Shown here: positions 9,259 to 18,630 of the stretch, one piece after another
Layout: the number at the start of each line of letters is the position of its first letter
Position numbering within the stretch: the first letter of the stretch is position 1
NCBI GenBank assembly: GCA_964597545.1
Contig: CAZQXN010000010.1
Span: forward strand, 140-64,139
DNA length: 64,000 nt
Source: an uncultured Planctomycetia bacterium
GTDB taxonomy: Bacteria > Omnitrophota > Gorgyraeia > 1-14-0-20-64-10
Direction: 5' to 3'
The notes under the pieces: generated by a model
Databases searched by the model: none
What the model saw: the letters and a program-made list of their open reading frames with translations, nothing else
Told to the model about the DNA's origin: nothing
Program-made: the position numbers and the translations under genes

Positions 9259-9579
9259 TTACCGAACGGCCGAACCGACCGCCACCTCTCGATCTGGAGT
9301 GAGCAAACTCAAAACCTCGCCATCCTGTGCTGCAAGCAGCATCCCGTTGGAGGTCACACCGCGGATGGTCGCAGGGTCCAGGTTGTCCACCACCACAATG
9401 GTCTTTCCGGTAAGCTCTTCCGGACGATAGTGGCGAGCAATGCCAGCCACAATCTCTTTCTGAGCGCCTCCAGACTCAATGGTCAGCACCAAAAGCTTAT
9501 CGGCATTCGGATGCACTTTGGCCTCCAAAACCCGGGCCACTCGAAACTCCAACTTCTTAAAATCATCAAAGGTTGCCAT
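9259..9579 (-). CDS. tRNA-binding protein (CsaA/EMAP-II-like OB fold)
   Basis: FRVARVLEAKVHPNADKLLVLTIESGG...IVAGIARHY typical tRNA_bind domain. Confidence 0.8.
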   Translation of the reverse strand: MATFDDFKKLEFRVARVLEAKVHPNADKLLVLTIESGGAQKEIVAGIARHYRPEELTGKTIVVVDNLDPATIRGVTSNGMLLAAQDGEVLSLLTPDREVAVGSAVR

Positions 9580-10078
9580 GGCTATCCTCTAACTCGGGTA
9601 CATCAAACTCAGGCACACCCACCACGAAACCAGCGTGGATCCACCCGCGACAGAAGTTCGGCGGCACAATCGCCCGCCACTGGCCCTCAGCGCCCCGGAG
9701 CTGAACCTTGTCTCCCTTGGAGAGGAACCCTAAACTCGTAAAATTGAGCCCCGCCCCGCAGCGAACATGGACCCGGTCTCCCTGGATCAGGCCCCATACC
9801 TCTTGGGCAGCCACATAATCAGAATGGACATAGACCGGCACCTCAATCGGAAGCGAGGTTCCGTACCATTCGCCGCTGCGCTCCAACAGGGGAATTTCCT
9901 GTCCTTGGGGAAATTGATACAGCGCTTCAAAGGTCAGTCCCGGACCCGAACGCAGATTGACGCGCTCCCCGGTCACCAACCCTGTAGGTGCCAAAGGCTC
10001 CTCCTGAGCAAGAGCACTCAAAAGGAGTGTGAGGAAAACCGGAAGGAAAAGAAAGAGGGGGTAGGGGCTTCGGTTCAA
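9566..10078 (-). CDS. secreted protein with two bacterial SH3 (SH3b) domains
   Basis: Signal peptide LFLFLPVFLTLLLSALA; two repeats of GERVNLRSGPGLTF / GDRVHVRCGAGLNF. Confidence 0.65.
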   Translation of the reverse strand: MNRSPYPLFLFLPVFLTLLLSALAQEEPLAPTGLVTGERVNLRSGPGLTFEALYQFPQGQEIPLLERSGEWYGTSLPIEVPVYVHSDYVAAQEVWGLIQGDRVHVRCGAGLNFTSLGFLSKGDKVQLRGAEGQWRAIVPPNFCRGWIHAGFVVGVPEFDVPELEDSHGNL

Positions 10079-10084
10079 ATCCGG

Positions 10085-10429
10085 CTACTTCTTCCCAGAA
10101 GCACCGGACGGCTTGGCCGATCCTGTCCCTGCCGCCTCTTTTGCTGCACCAGCTTGAGGCTTGCCGGCTCCTGCCGGCGCCTTGCCTGTCGCCTCGGCAG
10201 CTGCCGGGGCTTCCTTCCCTTCTGCTGAGGCCTCTCCCTCAGGAGAAGCCGCCTTACTCTTCTTGACCTGAATCTTGAGGTGCTTGACCTTCGGCAGTCC
10301 TAGAGCAGAAGTGTCGGCTGGATCGAAGTCGCCCTTCTCCATCAAAACCTTAACCCGCTCTAATCGGTTGAGGACCGAGCGGTGGCGCTTCATGGTATCC
10401 CCTGATTTGAAACTGGAATGGATTGACAT
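10085..10429 (-). CDS. small basic protein with Lys/Ala-rich histone-H1-like tail
   Basis: N-terminal MKRHRSVLNRLERVKVL followed by KAASPEGEASAEGKEAPAAAEATGKAPAGAGKP low-complexity tail. Confidence 0.4.
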   Translation of the reverse strand: MSIHSSFKSGDTMKRHRSVLNRLERVKVLMEKGDFDPADTSALGLPKVKHLKIQVKKSKAASPEGEASAEGKEAPAAAEATGKAPAGAGKPQAGAAKEAAGTGSAKPSGASGKK

Positions 10430-10449
10430 CTTGTTCTCTTTCTTAAGCT

Positions 10450-11064
10450 TTATCCAGAAGAAAGACGCTTGATAAATGCGTCGCGATATCTCTTGCGTAA
10501 CGTACCCAAAGATGCTTGAGCATGCTGCCGAGACCGATACCCAATGGCGCGCAGCTCATAGTAACGCCCCTGTTGGATGACCCGAACATCAATGCCCTTT
10601 CGGCGCAGCCGCGCTGCTTCATCGCGGGCCGACTGCGCCCCCACATAGCTGGCCAACTGAATCACATAACGCTGCGCTGGCCTCCGTTGGGGCCTAGGAA
10701 CCACATCGGTATCCCGCTGGGAGGGAGCACTTGCCGGTTGAACGGTCTGCTCATCGACCCGTTCCTGCAGCATCCTCTCCGGAACTGCTGGGCTCGCCTG
10801 GGGGGAGACGACATCTGACACCCCCTCACCGGCTCGGGCCACAAGCTGGGGACTTGCAATGTCCTGGGGACCTGCAACCAGGTGCTTGCCCCGCTCTATC
10901 CCTAAGCAGTAACCGGCTAGAAACAAAAGAATTACGCTTAAGATCCCGAAGACCAGGTCCTCATAAGCAACCTTGATCCTCAGAAAGCGCCCCGGAAAAG
11001 CCGGCCAATTCAACCGCTTGGGTCGTTCAGCCGAGGGTAAATCTTGAAAGAGCTCCGGCTGCAT
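10450..11064 (-). CDS. SPOR domain membrane protein
   Basis: TM helix LVFGILSVILLFLAGYCLGI; C-terminal RYVIQLASYVGAQSARDEAARLRRKGIDVRVIQ...YELRAIGY SPOR motif. Confidence 0.6.
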   Translation of the reverse strand: MQPELFQDLPSAERPKRLNWPAFPGRFLRIKVAYEDLVFGILSVILLFLAGYCLGIERGKHLVAGPQDIASPQLVARAGEGVSDVVSPQASPAVPERMLQERVDEQTVQPASAPSQRDTDVVPRPQRRPAQRYVIQLASYVGAQSARDEAARLRRKGIDVRVIQQGRYYELRAIGYRSRQHAQASLGTLRKRYRDAFIKRLSSG

Positions 11065-11075
11065 GATGTGCTATT

Positions 11076-11149
11076 TTACCATAGGGTCTGACCCTTAGGT
11101 ACACAATTGGCCCATCTGCGCTGTACCAAAGGGTCTGACCCTTTGGTAC
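11076..11149. repeat. two tandem copies (one degenerate 11076..11102, one perfect 11123..11149) of 27-bp palindrome GTACCAAAGGGTCTGACCCTTTGGTAC
   Basis: Seen directly; the same palindrome recurs at 41182..41208 and 60479..60505. Confidence 0.85.
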
Positions 11150-11153
11150 AGGA

Positions 11154-14100
11154 TCATGCCAAGCTCTCTGGGCAGAGATCCCGAAAATCGCACCGGCGGC
11201 ATTTGATGACAGAAGGTGTTGCAGCGAAATCAGATACAGCAACGCCCTCTGCCAACTCCGTGATCCGTCGGCGGGTCTCCTCCAGCGCTTCAGGTTCCTG
11301 CTCAAAGGAAAGCTTTTCATTATTGCGCAGGTAGTAGAAACTCACCCGCTTCGGGGTAAGCCCCAGTGCATCGCGAGCAGCAAGCGCATAGAGGCGCAGC
11401 TGAAGCTGGTCCTCGCTGGATGCCTTGGCCTTTGGCTTTCCGGATTTGTAGTCGATGATCTCAACCGATCCGTCTTCCAGGGGATCTACCCGGTCGACCA
11501 CCCCTCGCACCCACACCGCTCCCAAGCGAAGGGTGAAGGCTTTTTCTACAAAGAGCGGAGGGCGGAAAGCACCCTTTTGCTTCTTGTAGAAGGCGCGCAG
11601 CAACTGCGCTCCAAGCTTAGAGATCTCCCGGTCTTGGAACGGCTCCCCGTAGCGGCATGGATGATGCAGCTGTTTGAAGGAAGCGAGCAGCGCCCCTTCA
11701 GCAGGGGCCTTGCCGGCCATGACCTCCAAGTAGAACTTCTCCAGGCAAAGATGGAGATCGCTGCCCAGCTGCATATCAGGGGTGGAGCGCACCGGAATTT
11801 TATAGATGTAAGCATAGAGGTACTTCTTGGGGCAGTAGCGAAAGGTCTCCATCTGCGTGAAGCTAAACTTCTCCTGCATGGGAAAATCAGATCGCTTGAG
11901 TGTTGCGGCTTTTCGGGCCGTTTCTGCGTGCAAAGCCGCCGCAAGCTGCGCAATCTCATCGAGGGCGCGCTTCAAGCCCTTGCTGTCCTTTTGATCCAGG
12001 GTGCGGATCTCCTCCAGCAGCTCTAGGGTTCTGCGCTCAGCTGCCAAAGCTGTCGGCCGGGCCCCTTCCCTCCCCCGAGGGTAAGTTTCCTGGTCCGACG
12101 GCGCATCCGACTCTTTGTCTTTCGCGACCCGCTGAATCTCATTCCCCAATCCAGAGGCCAGCATTTCTCTGACAAAAAGGGATGGGCGGCGATAGGCTTG
12201 CTCTTGCGTGAAGCAATACAGATGGCGCTTGGCCCGCGTGCAGGCCACATAGCAGAGCCGACGCTCCTCCTGGAGATGGAAATCCCCCTTGGGCAGGGAT
12301 TCCTTCATCAGGGCAACGGGAAATGGAATCTGTTCCGGGCGACTCCGGGCCGGAAAGCGCCCCTGCACCATGCCCAGCAGAATCACGCAGTCAAATTCCA
12401 ACCCCTTGGCCTGATGAATGGTCATCAGCTGCACCCGGTTGCCAACCTCCCAGCTCTCTTCGTCCGCTGAATCACTCATGCCGGCCTTGAGGGCGGAATC
12501 CAGGTACCAGAGAAATTCTGCCGGGCTTTGTTCCTCGGGATGACTCTGGGTATAGCGATGCGCCAAGCGCTTGAGCCCCGCCAGGATTGCCACCGGATCC
12601 CCCTCCGCAGTAACCGGCATCCGGAAAACAGCCCTGAGGGAGGAGCCCTCTGTTAGGGCATCCATCAAACGAATGACATCCCGCTGAGGCAATTGACGCT
12701 TGAGCCGGTCCAGCTCCGCGAGCAACTGAGCAACCCGCTTCTGGGAGGCGGCCTTGAGAGAAAGGTGCTTTGCCTGCCGCAGCGCCCTAAGAAGCGTTAT
12801 CTCCTGCTCCTTGCAGGTGCGGCTGATGGCAAGCAGATCCTCCCCCGGAAGATCCCAAACCGGATGGCTCAGCAGTCGAAAGAGGCTGACGGAATCGTCC
12901 GGATCCTGCAGTACTTTCAGCAGAGCAATGACATCTTTAACGGCCGGATCGTTTAAAAGGGCGTATCTGCCGCGCACCAGGAAGGGGATGTGGTGAGCGC
13001 GCAGCGCCTCAACCAGAGTATCGCGGTGTGCGTGCGCCCGATAGAGCACGGCCACTTGATTCCACTGCGGCTCGCCTCCAGAGGTGCAAGCCGCAGACTG
13101 AATGACCTCGATGGCCCGACCTGCCTCATGGACATTGCTACTCACCTGCTCCACTGAAACAGGAGCGCCGGCTGGGCCCTCTGCCGTCAACCGCTTGTCT
13201 GGATCGTATCGATCGGTGCCGTTGTTCTGGATGAGGCGCTCAGAGACCGAGAGGATTTTCTGGGTTGAGCGATAATTGTGTCTCAAGCGCAGCGTCTTGA
13301 CGTTGGGAAAAGCCTCCTGCATCAACAGGAAGCTGGCAAACGAAGCTCCCCGGAAGCGATAGATGGCTTGATCGTCATCCCCTACAACGCAGAGCTGTCT
13401 GCCATCTCCGGCCAAGAGCTTGAGCAGCGCGATCTGGGCAACGTTGGTATCCTGGAACTCATCCACCAGGATGTGACGGTACTGTGCGCGAATCTGCGCC
13501 AAGAGCCCTGGCCGCGCTTCCAGGTGGCGGCAGCTCTCCATGATGAGGTCCCCAAAATCCAGACATTGATGCTCACGCATCTGCTGCTGGTAAACAGAAT
13601 AAACCGAGGCCATCTCTAAAGCGCGTTTGCGCTCCTCACTTTCTTCAAGCCCCTCGGCATAGCGGTGGAAATCCTCCGGAGAAACCAATTCATCCTTGGC
13701 GCGGCTGATGAACTTCAGGAAACCATCGATACATTCAGTCGGATTCGAGAGATTGAGATAGTGCTTCAATCGAATTTGAGGCAGGAGCTTGCGGAAGAAG
13801 ACCCAGGTTTCTGTTGAATCCAACAGCTGGAATCGCTGGGGCAAACCCAGCTCCAAGGCGTAATCCTGAAGGAAGCGGTTGCAGAAACCATGGAAGGTGA
13901 AGACCCCCAGGGTATCGGCATAGGTTCCGGTAAGTCGCTCCACCCGCTCCAGCATCTCTCGCGCTGCTTTTCGGGAGAATGTCAGCGCCAGGAAATTGGC
14001 CGGCGTTAAAGCGGAATCCCTTTGCAGAAGGTGGGCGATGCGGTGAGCAATGACCCGAGTCTTTCCGGTCCCTGCCCCGGCCAAGATTAAGATCGGCCCT

Positions 14101-14234
14101 TCAGCGGTTGAACCCGCCTGACGCGGTTCGGCATTGCGCGGCTCCAAAGGAGGGTCGCCGGAGTTACGAGGCGACTTCTTCGATCGCGAGGGGGAACTCG
14201 AAGTGGACGGCACTGCCGGGCTGGTCGGCTGCAT
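11154..14234 (-). CDS. UvrD/Rep-family helicase fused to C-terminal PD-(D/E)XK (RecB/AddA-like, Cys-containing) nuclease domain
   Basis: Walker A ILAGAGTGKTRV, helicase motifs LVDEFQDTN, YRFRGAS, TIHQAKGLEFD; C-terminal KSGKPK...CRRCDFRDLCP iron-sulfur/nuclease-like cluster; first ~23 codons overlap upstream gene so start may be downstream. Confidence 0.85.
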   Translation of the reverse strand: MQPTSPAVPSTSSSPSRSKKSPRNSGDPPLEPRNAEPRQAGSTAEGPILILAGAGTGKTRVIAHRIAHLLQRDSALTPANFLALTFSRKAAREMLERVERLTGTYADTLGVFTFHGFCNRFLQDYALELGLPQRFQLLDSTETWVFFRKLLPQIRLKHYLNLSNPTECIDGFLKFISRAKDELVSPEDFHRYAEGLEESEERKRALEMASVYSVYQQQMREHQCLDFGDLIMESCRHLEARPGLLAQIRAQYRHILVDEFQDTNVAQIALLKLLAGDGRQLCVVGDDDQAIYRFRGASFASFLLMQEAFPNVKTLRLRHNYRSTQKILSVSERLIQNNGTDRYDPDKRLTAEGPAGAPVSVEQVSSNVHEAGRAIEVIQSAACTSGGEPQWNQVAVLYRAHAHRDTLVEALRAHHIPFLVRGRYALLNDPAVKDVIALLKVLQDPDDSVSLFRLLSHPVWDLPGEDLLAISRTCKEQEITLLRALRQAKHLSLKAASQKRVAQLLAELDRLKRQLPQRDVIRLMDALTEGSSLRAVFRMPVTAEGDPVAILAGLKRLAHRYTQSHPEEQSPAEFLWYLDSALKAGMSDSADEESWEVGNRVQLMTIHQAKGLEFDCVILLGMVQGRFPARSRPEQIPFPVALMKESLPKGDFHLQEERRLCYVACTRAKRHLYCFTQEQAYRRPSLFVREMLASGLGNEIQRVAKDKESDAPSDQETYPRGREGARPTALAAERRTLELLEEIRTLDQKDSKGLKRALDEIAQLAAALHAETARKAATLKRSDFPMQEKFSFTQMETFRYCPKKYLYAYIYKIPVRSTPDMQLGSDLHLCLEKFYLEVMAGKAPAEGALLASFKQLHHPCRYGEPFQDREISKLGAQLLRAFYKKQKGAFRPPLFVEKAFTLRLGAVWVRGVVDRVDPLEDGSVEIIDYKSGKPKAKASSEDQLQLRLYALAARDALGLTPKRVSFYYLRNNEKLSFEQEPEALEETRRRITELAEGVAVSDFAATPSVIKCRRCDFRDLCPESLA

Positions 14235-14934
14235 TGAAGTCTGTTTTGATGTTGTAAATCAACAGGCGGATGGAGGTAGCATCCGGGTGGGGCCGCGGAA
14301 AAGCAACGTACCCATCGTAAGCGATGCCGGGATGCACATAGCCTCCTGCCAAACGCACCTGCTTAATCAGGAAATGTCGCTTTCGAGCGCTGCCGCCGCT
14401 TAAGGCTCCAGCGACTTTAAGGGGAGCCCCGTAGGGACCGGGAGCCAAATCACCCGTTGTCTTGGCATAGGCCCAAACATTGGTCTTGGCCTCCAGGAGG
14501 GCCGAGATGTTATCCGGGGAAAGCTCCGGGTATTGGATGTTGATGTTGTCGATCAAGGCGAAATCACCGGGATCCACCTTGATGCGCTTGCCGCTGTGGT
14601 TGGCCAGCTTCACATAGAAGACAAGGGTTTGCGGCGGATAGGGGTTCTTATCTGCCAGCTTCCCGAAAACCTCTTTATTCTTGAAGAAAGCAGTCAGCTC
14701 CTCAGGATTTGCATACCGGACCGTCACATCAATGCCTGATTTGGACAGCGAACTGGTGGCAGGAGAAATCTGAACAGAGGTGGGCGGGCCCCCTTCTTCA
14801 GGCCGACGCTGCTCAATCTGGCCCTTGGGGCGCTCCAGCATGACCATACGGCCCCGGCAGCCACCTACTCCAATCGCCAGGCCGCACACCAAACCGAGTA
14901 AAACCACCTTCGTTCCAAGAAATCGAACCATCAT
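14164..14934 (-). CDS. hypothetical lipoprotein
   Basis: Lipobox LAIGVGGC at N-terminus. Confidence 0.5.
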   Translation of the reverse strand: MMVRFLGTKVVLLGLVCGLAIGVGGCRGRMVMLERPKGQIEQRRPEEGGPPTSVQISPATSSLSKSGIDVTVRYANPEELTAFFKNKEVFGKLADKNPYPPQTLVFYVKLANHSGKRIKVDPGDFALIDNINIQYPELSPDNISALLEAKTNVWAYAKTTGDLAPGPYGAPLKVAGALSGGSARKRHFLIKQVRLAGGYVHPGIAYDGYVAFPRPHPDATSIRLLIYNIKTDFNAADQPGSAVHFEFPLAIEEVAS

Positions 14935-15623
14935 GACCGCCGTCCTTTCCGTATCTTTAAGGTGTTCGAGAAGAAGTCGGAGACAAAAGAGAGGAGGGTC
15001 TCCTCCGGTGCTACTTGCAATTCCAAGCGAAAAGATTTCCAGGGCTCAGGAGGGTCGGCCGAGACCTTAAGCAGGCTCATCGCCCGAAGCACCCTCTCGG
15101 ATAACGCCCCCTCCAAATGAAGCTGTGCTTGATGGTGGCGACCCATCCACCCTTCACCTGAGAGCCTAAGCAGCCGACCCTGAAGCGACAACCCTGTGAG
15201 ATCCACTTGGGCCGGCCGGACTTCAAGTACTGCGGTGCCGCTGCGAGCCACCGGCTCTGCCGAAAGCACCTCCTGGGCTGCGGGCTTGCGAATCCGCCAG
15301 GAGGTCGGATCCAATCGGATCTCGCCCAGCCGCCAGGCTGTCGTCCAGCGTCCCAGAGGGAGCGGACCCGCTTGCTGAGCAATCCATACTCGGACAAGAT
15401 GCAGCCGCCCCCCGTGCGGCGTCTGAAGCTTCACATCCCGAAGCTCCAAGCTGCGCCAGGGGGTCCAGCGCGCCTGGGCAATGCTGACCTGCCAACCGCT
15501 CCGACCCACAAGCCGCTCGGCTGCCCACTGCGCTGGCCGGGTCACCGGCCAGCCGAGAAATCCCAGAGCAAAGACAAAGATCAGTCCCAGGAAAAAGGGG
15601 CGGGGCGACTTCGTAGACGCCAA
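14931..15623 (-). CDS. hypothetical secreted protein
   Basis: Signal peptide FFLGLIFVFALGFLGWPV; translationally coupled in array. Confidence 0.45.
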   Translation of the reverse strand: MASTKSPRPFFLGLIFVFALGFLGWPVTRPAQWAAERLVGRSGWQVSIAQARWTPWRSLELRDVKLQTPHGGRLHLVRVWIAQQAGPLPLGRWTTAWRLGEIRLDPTSWRIRKPAAQEVLSAEPVARSGTAVLEVRPAQVDLTGLSLQGRLLRLSGEGWMGRHHQAQLHLEGALSERVLRAMSLLKVSADPPEPWKSFRLELQVAPEETLLSFVSDFFSNTLKIRKGRRS

Positions 15624-15626
15624 CCG

Positions 15627-15881
15627 CTAGCCCTCTAACACCGCTTGAATTTGCCCCAGAACACGCTCATCCCGAGTCAGCACATAGCCCCGGACTGAAG
15701 CGCTCTCGTGGGTCAGAAGCCACTTGCGCTCTGTCAGCTGATCCAAAACCTGCTGAACCTGCTCTGCCTCAGCTCTCACCCAGGCTGAAATGCCCCGAAC
15801 GGTCTCCACAGCCTGCGGCTGTTCCTGGAAAAACTGAAGGATCCTGCGCTCAACGAAAGCCGGGGATGTCGCCTCAGGCAC
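15627..15881 (-). CDS. hypothetical small protein (possible winged-helix)
   Basis: 84-aa ORF in tight array; no motif. Confidence 0.35.
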   Translation of the reverse strand: MPEATSPAFVERRILQFFQEQPQAVETVRGISAWVRAEAEQVQQVLDQLTERKWLLTHESASVRGYVLTRDERVLGQIQAVLEG

Positions 15882-15883
15882 AG

Positions 15884-17401
15884 CTATTTCCCTCCGCTGC
15901 GCGCGGGGCGGCCGGCCAAAGCAAGGGCAAAACCCTCCAGCGCCTTGGAGCGGACCGCACCCAAGAAGGCCTTGACCACCTTGGGATCAAATTGCGTGCC
16001 TGCATGCCGGGCAATCTCACGCGCTGCATCTTGAACCGAGAGGGTCCGTCGATAGGGGCGCTCACTGACCATGGCCTCAAAGGCATTTGCGACCCCCAGG
16101 ATTCTGGCACCCAGAGGGATTTCCTCCTTCTTAAGCCCCTTGGGATACCCTGTCCCGTCGTAGCGCTCATGGTGATAAAGGATGATGGGGATCGCCGGCT
16201 CTAAGATATGCAGAGGCTCCAACAGGCTTGCCCCTTTGACTGGGTGCTCTTTGATCTTGGCAAATTCAGCCGGCTCCAGTTTGCTGGGCTTCTTCAAGAT
16301 GCTCGTCGGTATGCCGGCCCGGCCGGCATCGTGCAACAGGGCCGCATATTCCAACGAACGCAGTTGGTCGTCTCCCAAGCGCATCTGGTGGCCGATCGCT
16401 AAGGCGATGTTGGCCAAGATCTGAGGACGTGGAACAGACTGCCCTGAGGCGGTATCCATGCCGCCCAAAATGGCACTCAAGCTCTTGATCGTCCCCCAGG
16501 TAATCCGCTCCTGGGTTTCGTACATTTGTGCGTTGCGTATGGCAACCACAGATTGCTCTGCCAGGGTGGTGAGAATCTCCTGATCCAATCGGCTGAACAG
16601 TTTGGTGCCGGTCTTGCGGCGCACGAGGATAACCCCCATGCACTCTTCCTCGACCAAGGGGACAATCATCATCCGAGGGGTCAAGCGGGAGGTGCAGGAA
16701 GCAGCCACCTTCCCAACCATACCCATCCCCGCCTTGATTGAACGAACAGAGCCGGACTTCTGCCTAGAAGGGCTCACTACTGCGCGGGGCTCGAGTGTCT
16801 GCTTCTCCTGATCCAGCAACCAGATGGTACATGCCTGGGCCCTGAGCACCTGGCAACAGAGACGAGCCACACGAGGCAGCAGCTCTCCTAAGTTCAAAGT
16901 TGAGCTGATCAAACGATGGATGGTATGGATGGTGGAAAGGGCTACGCATCGAGGCTGCAAGGTGTCGGAGAGGTTCTTAAGTTCTTGGGCAGTTGCGCGC
17001 TCCCTGAGTGCCGCCTCAACCACCAACCCGCCCAGTTGAAGCTGAGCGTTGGAAAGGGGCCGTTTGGCGTAACAGATTCCCAGAAACCCATGGGTTTTAC
17101 TATTCCGGGAAAGGGGAAGAATGGCGGCGTTGCGCTCAATCGGGCAGAGGAATCGAAGGGGTTGGCCCGACCGACGGGCCTGCCCCAAGGCGGTTAAGAA
17201 GCGCTTCTGGCAGCGGGAGCGGTTGGCCAGGGACTGGCGAACATAGGGGCAAGTTCGGCAAGCGGCCTTGTAATTCAAGGATTTCGGCCGCTCCAAGGCA
17301 ATTTCCCACCATATCAGGCGGGCCGCCTGTGCGGTGAGAATCTCCCGAAGGCGGCGTACCTGTGCAGGGTCAATCCATTGTGTGGGCTTCATCTTCTGCA
17401 T
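15884..17401 (-). CDS. GAF domain-containing HD-GYP phosphodiesterase (c-di-GMP)
   Basis: HDAGRAGIP and HHERYDGTGYPKGL HD-GYP motifs; N-terminal GAF-like region. Confidence 0.8.
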   Translation of the reverse strand: MQKMKPTQWIDPAQVRRLREILTAQAARLIWWEIALERPKSLNYKAACRTCPYVRQSLANRSRCQKRFLTALGQARRSGQPLRFLCPIERNAAILPLSRNSKTHGFLGICYAKRPLSNAQLQLGGLVVEAALRERATAQELKNLSDTLQPRCVALSTIHTIHRLISSTLNLGELLPRVARLCCQVLRAQACTIWLLDQEKQTLEPRAVVSPSRQKSGSVRSIKAGMGMVGKVAASCTSRLTPRMMIVPLVEEECMGVILVRRKTGTKLFSRLDQEILTTLAEQSVVAIRNAQMYETQERITWGTIKSLSAILGGMDTASGQSVPRPQILANIALAIGHQMRLGDDQLRSLEYAALLHDAGRAGIPTSILKKPSKLEPAEFAKIKEHPVKGASLLEPLHILEPAIPIILYHHERYDGTGYPKGLKKEEIPLGARILGVANAFEAMVSERPYRRTLSVQDAAREIARHAGTQFDPKVVKAFLGAVRSKALEGFALALAGRPARSGGK

Positions 17402-17484
17402 GGCTTCACCTCTATTATACTCGGAGAGGCTCGTTTCGGGGAGTTGTTGCGCAGATCTGTTTAAGGCTCAAGCGGTGCCGCCCT

Positions 17485-18621
17485 CTACTCAAAGGGATAA
17501 AAAAGTTTGCGGTACTCCTGCATGGCAAACCGATCGGTCATCCCTGCCAGATAATCACAGACCACCCGGTAGGGATCCTCAGTCCGAAGGCGCCGCCGGG
17601 GCGTACCTGGCAGCTGGCCGGGCTTGCGCAGATAAGCCTGGAACAGGGCCGTCAGAAAACGCTGGGCCTTATCGGCCATCCGGACCACTTTGTGATGATG
17701 GTACAACCGCTTATCCAGAAACCGTTTCAGCGGCAGCCTCGCCCGCGTAAGCCCCGCGCTAAAGGCAATGATGCGCTTTGGATTCCTCTGGGCATCGGCA
17801 GGGCACCGAATGCGCCGGGCTTTGATCCTGCGCTGTGACTCCTTGATCAGATCCGTCACCTGCAGATCAATTAATCTTCGAATGATCTGGTAAATTCGAA
17901 GCCGCTGCTCACAGCCGGGAAAGTGCTTGCTCGCCTGACGTCGAGCATCTTTCCAAAGCGGAACAGCGCGAAGCTCTTCCTCGCGCAGGAGCTTTGAGGC
18001 AATCCCGTCGTCCAAATCGTGATGGTCGTAGGCAATCTCATCGGCCAGATCCACCACTTGGGCCTCCAGGCTTAAGTTCACAGGAACCAATCCTTCTTTT
18101 CCGGGCAAAGGAGAGCGGTGCTTATTCAGCCCTTCCCTGACCTCCCACGTGAGATTCAGTCCCGGAAAAGCAGGGTAGCGCTCCTCTAGGAGATCGACAA
18201 TCCGGAGGGCCTGGAGGTTATGGTCAAATCCTCCGTGTCCGGCCATCAAGGTGCGCAGCGCCGCCTCGCCGGAATGGCCAAAGGGGCCGTGGCCCAGATC
18301 GTGAGCCAATGCAATTGATTTAACCAAATCGGTATTGAGGCGCAGCGCCCGGGATACTGTCTCTGCGATCTGGCACACCTCGAGGGTATGGGTGAGCCGC
18401 GTTCGATAGTAATCCCCCTCGTGAATCACAAAGACTTGGGTTTTGTATTCTAATCGCCGGAAAGCCGTCGAATGGATGATGCGATCGTGATCTCGCTGGA
18501 AGCTGGTGCGGTAAAGATGCTCCGGTTCGGGATAAATTCGGCCGCGGGAGCGCTTGGAGGCAATGGCGTAGGAGGCCAAGGCTTTGCGCTCCTGAGCCTC
18601 TTGCTGTTTCCGGGTCAGCAT
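17485..18621 (-). CDS. dgt: dGTP triphosphohydrolase-like HD domain protein
   Basis: HDLGHGPFGHSGE HD motif and overall Dgt-like architecture. Confidence 0.85.
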   Translation of the reverse strand: MLTRKQQEAQERKALASYAIASKRSRGRIYPEPEHLYRTSFQRDHDRIIHSTAFRRLEYKTQVFVIHEGDYYRTRLTHTLEVCQIAETVSRALRLNTDLVKSIALAHDLGHGPFGHSGEAALRTLMAGHGGFDHNLQALRIVDLLEERYPAFPGLNLTWEVREGLNKHRSPLPGKEGLVPVNLSLEAQVVDLADEIAYDHHDLDDGIASKLLREEELRAVPLWKDARRQASKHFPGCEQRLRIYQIIRRLIDLQVTDLIKESQRRIKARRIRCPADAQRNPKRIIAFSAGLTRARLPLKRFLDKRLYHHHKVVRMADKAQRFLTALFQAYLRKPGQLPGTPRRRLRTEDPYRVVCDYLAGMTDRFAMQEYRKLFYPFE

Positions 18622-18630
18622 TGAAAGCGG

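Noticed and set aside
11123-11149. 27-bp palindromes as rho-independent terminators
   Set aside because: None of the three copies is followed by a T/U tract on the transcribed strand. The shared exact sequence argues for a repeat element or protein-binding site rather than independent terminators.
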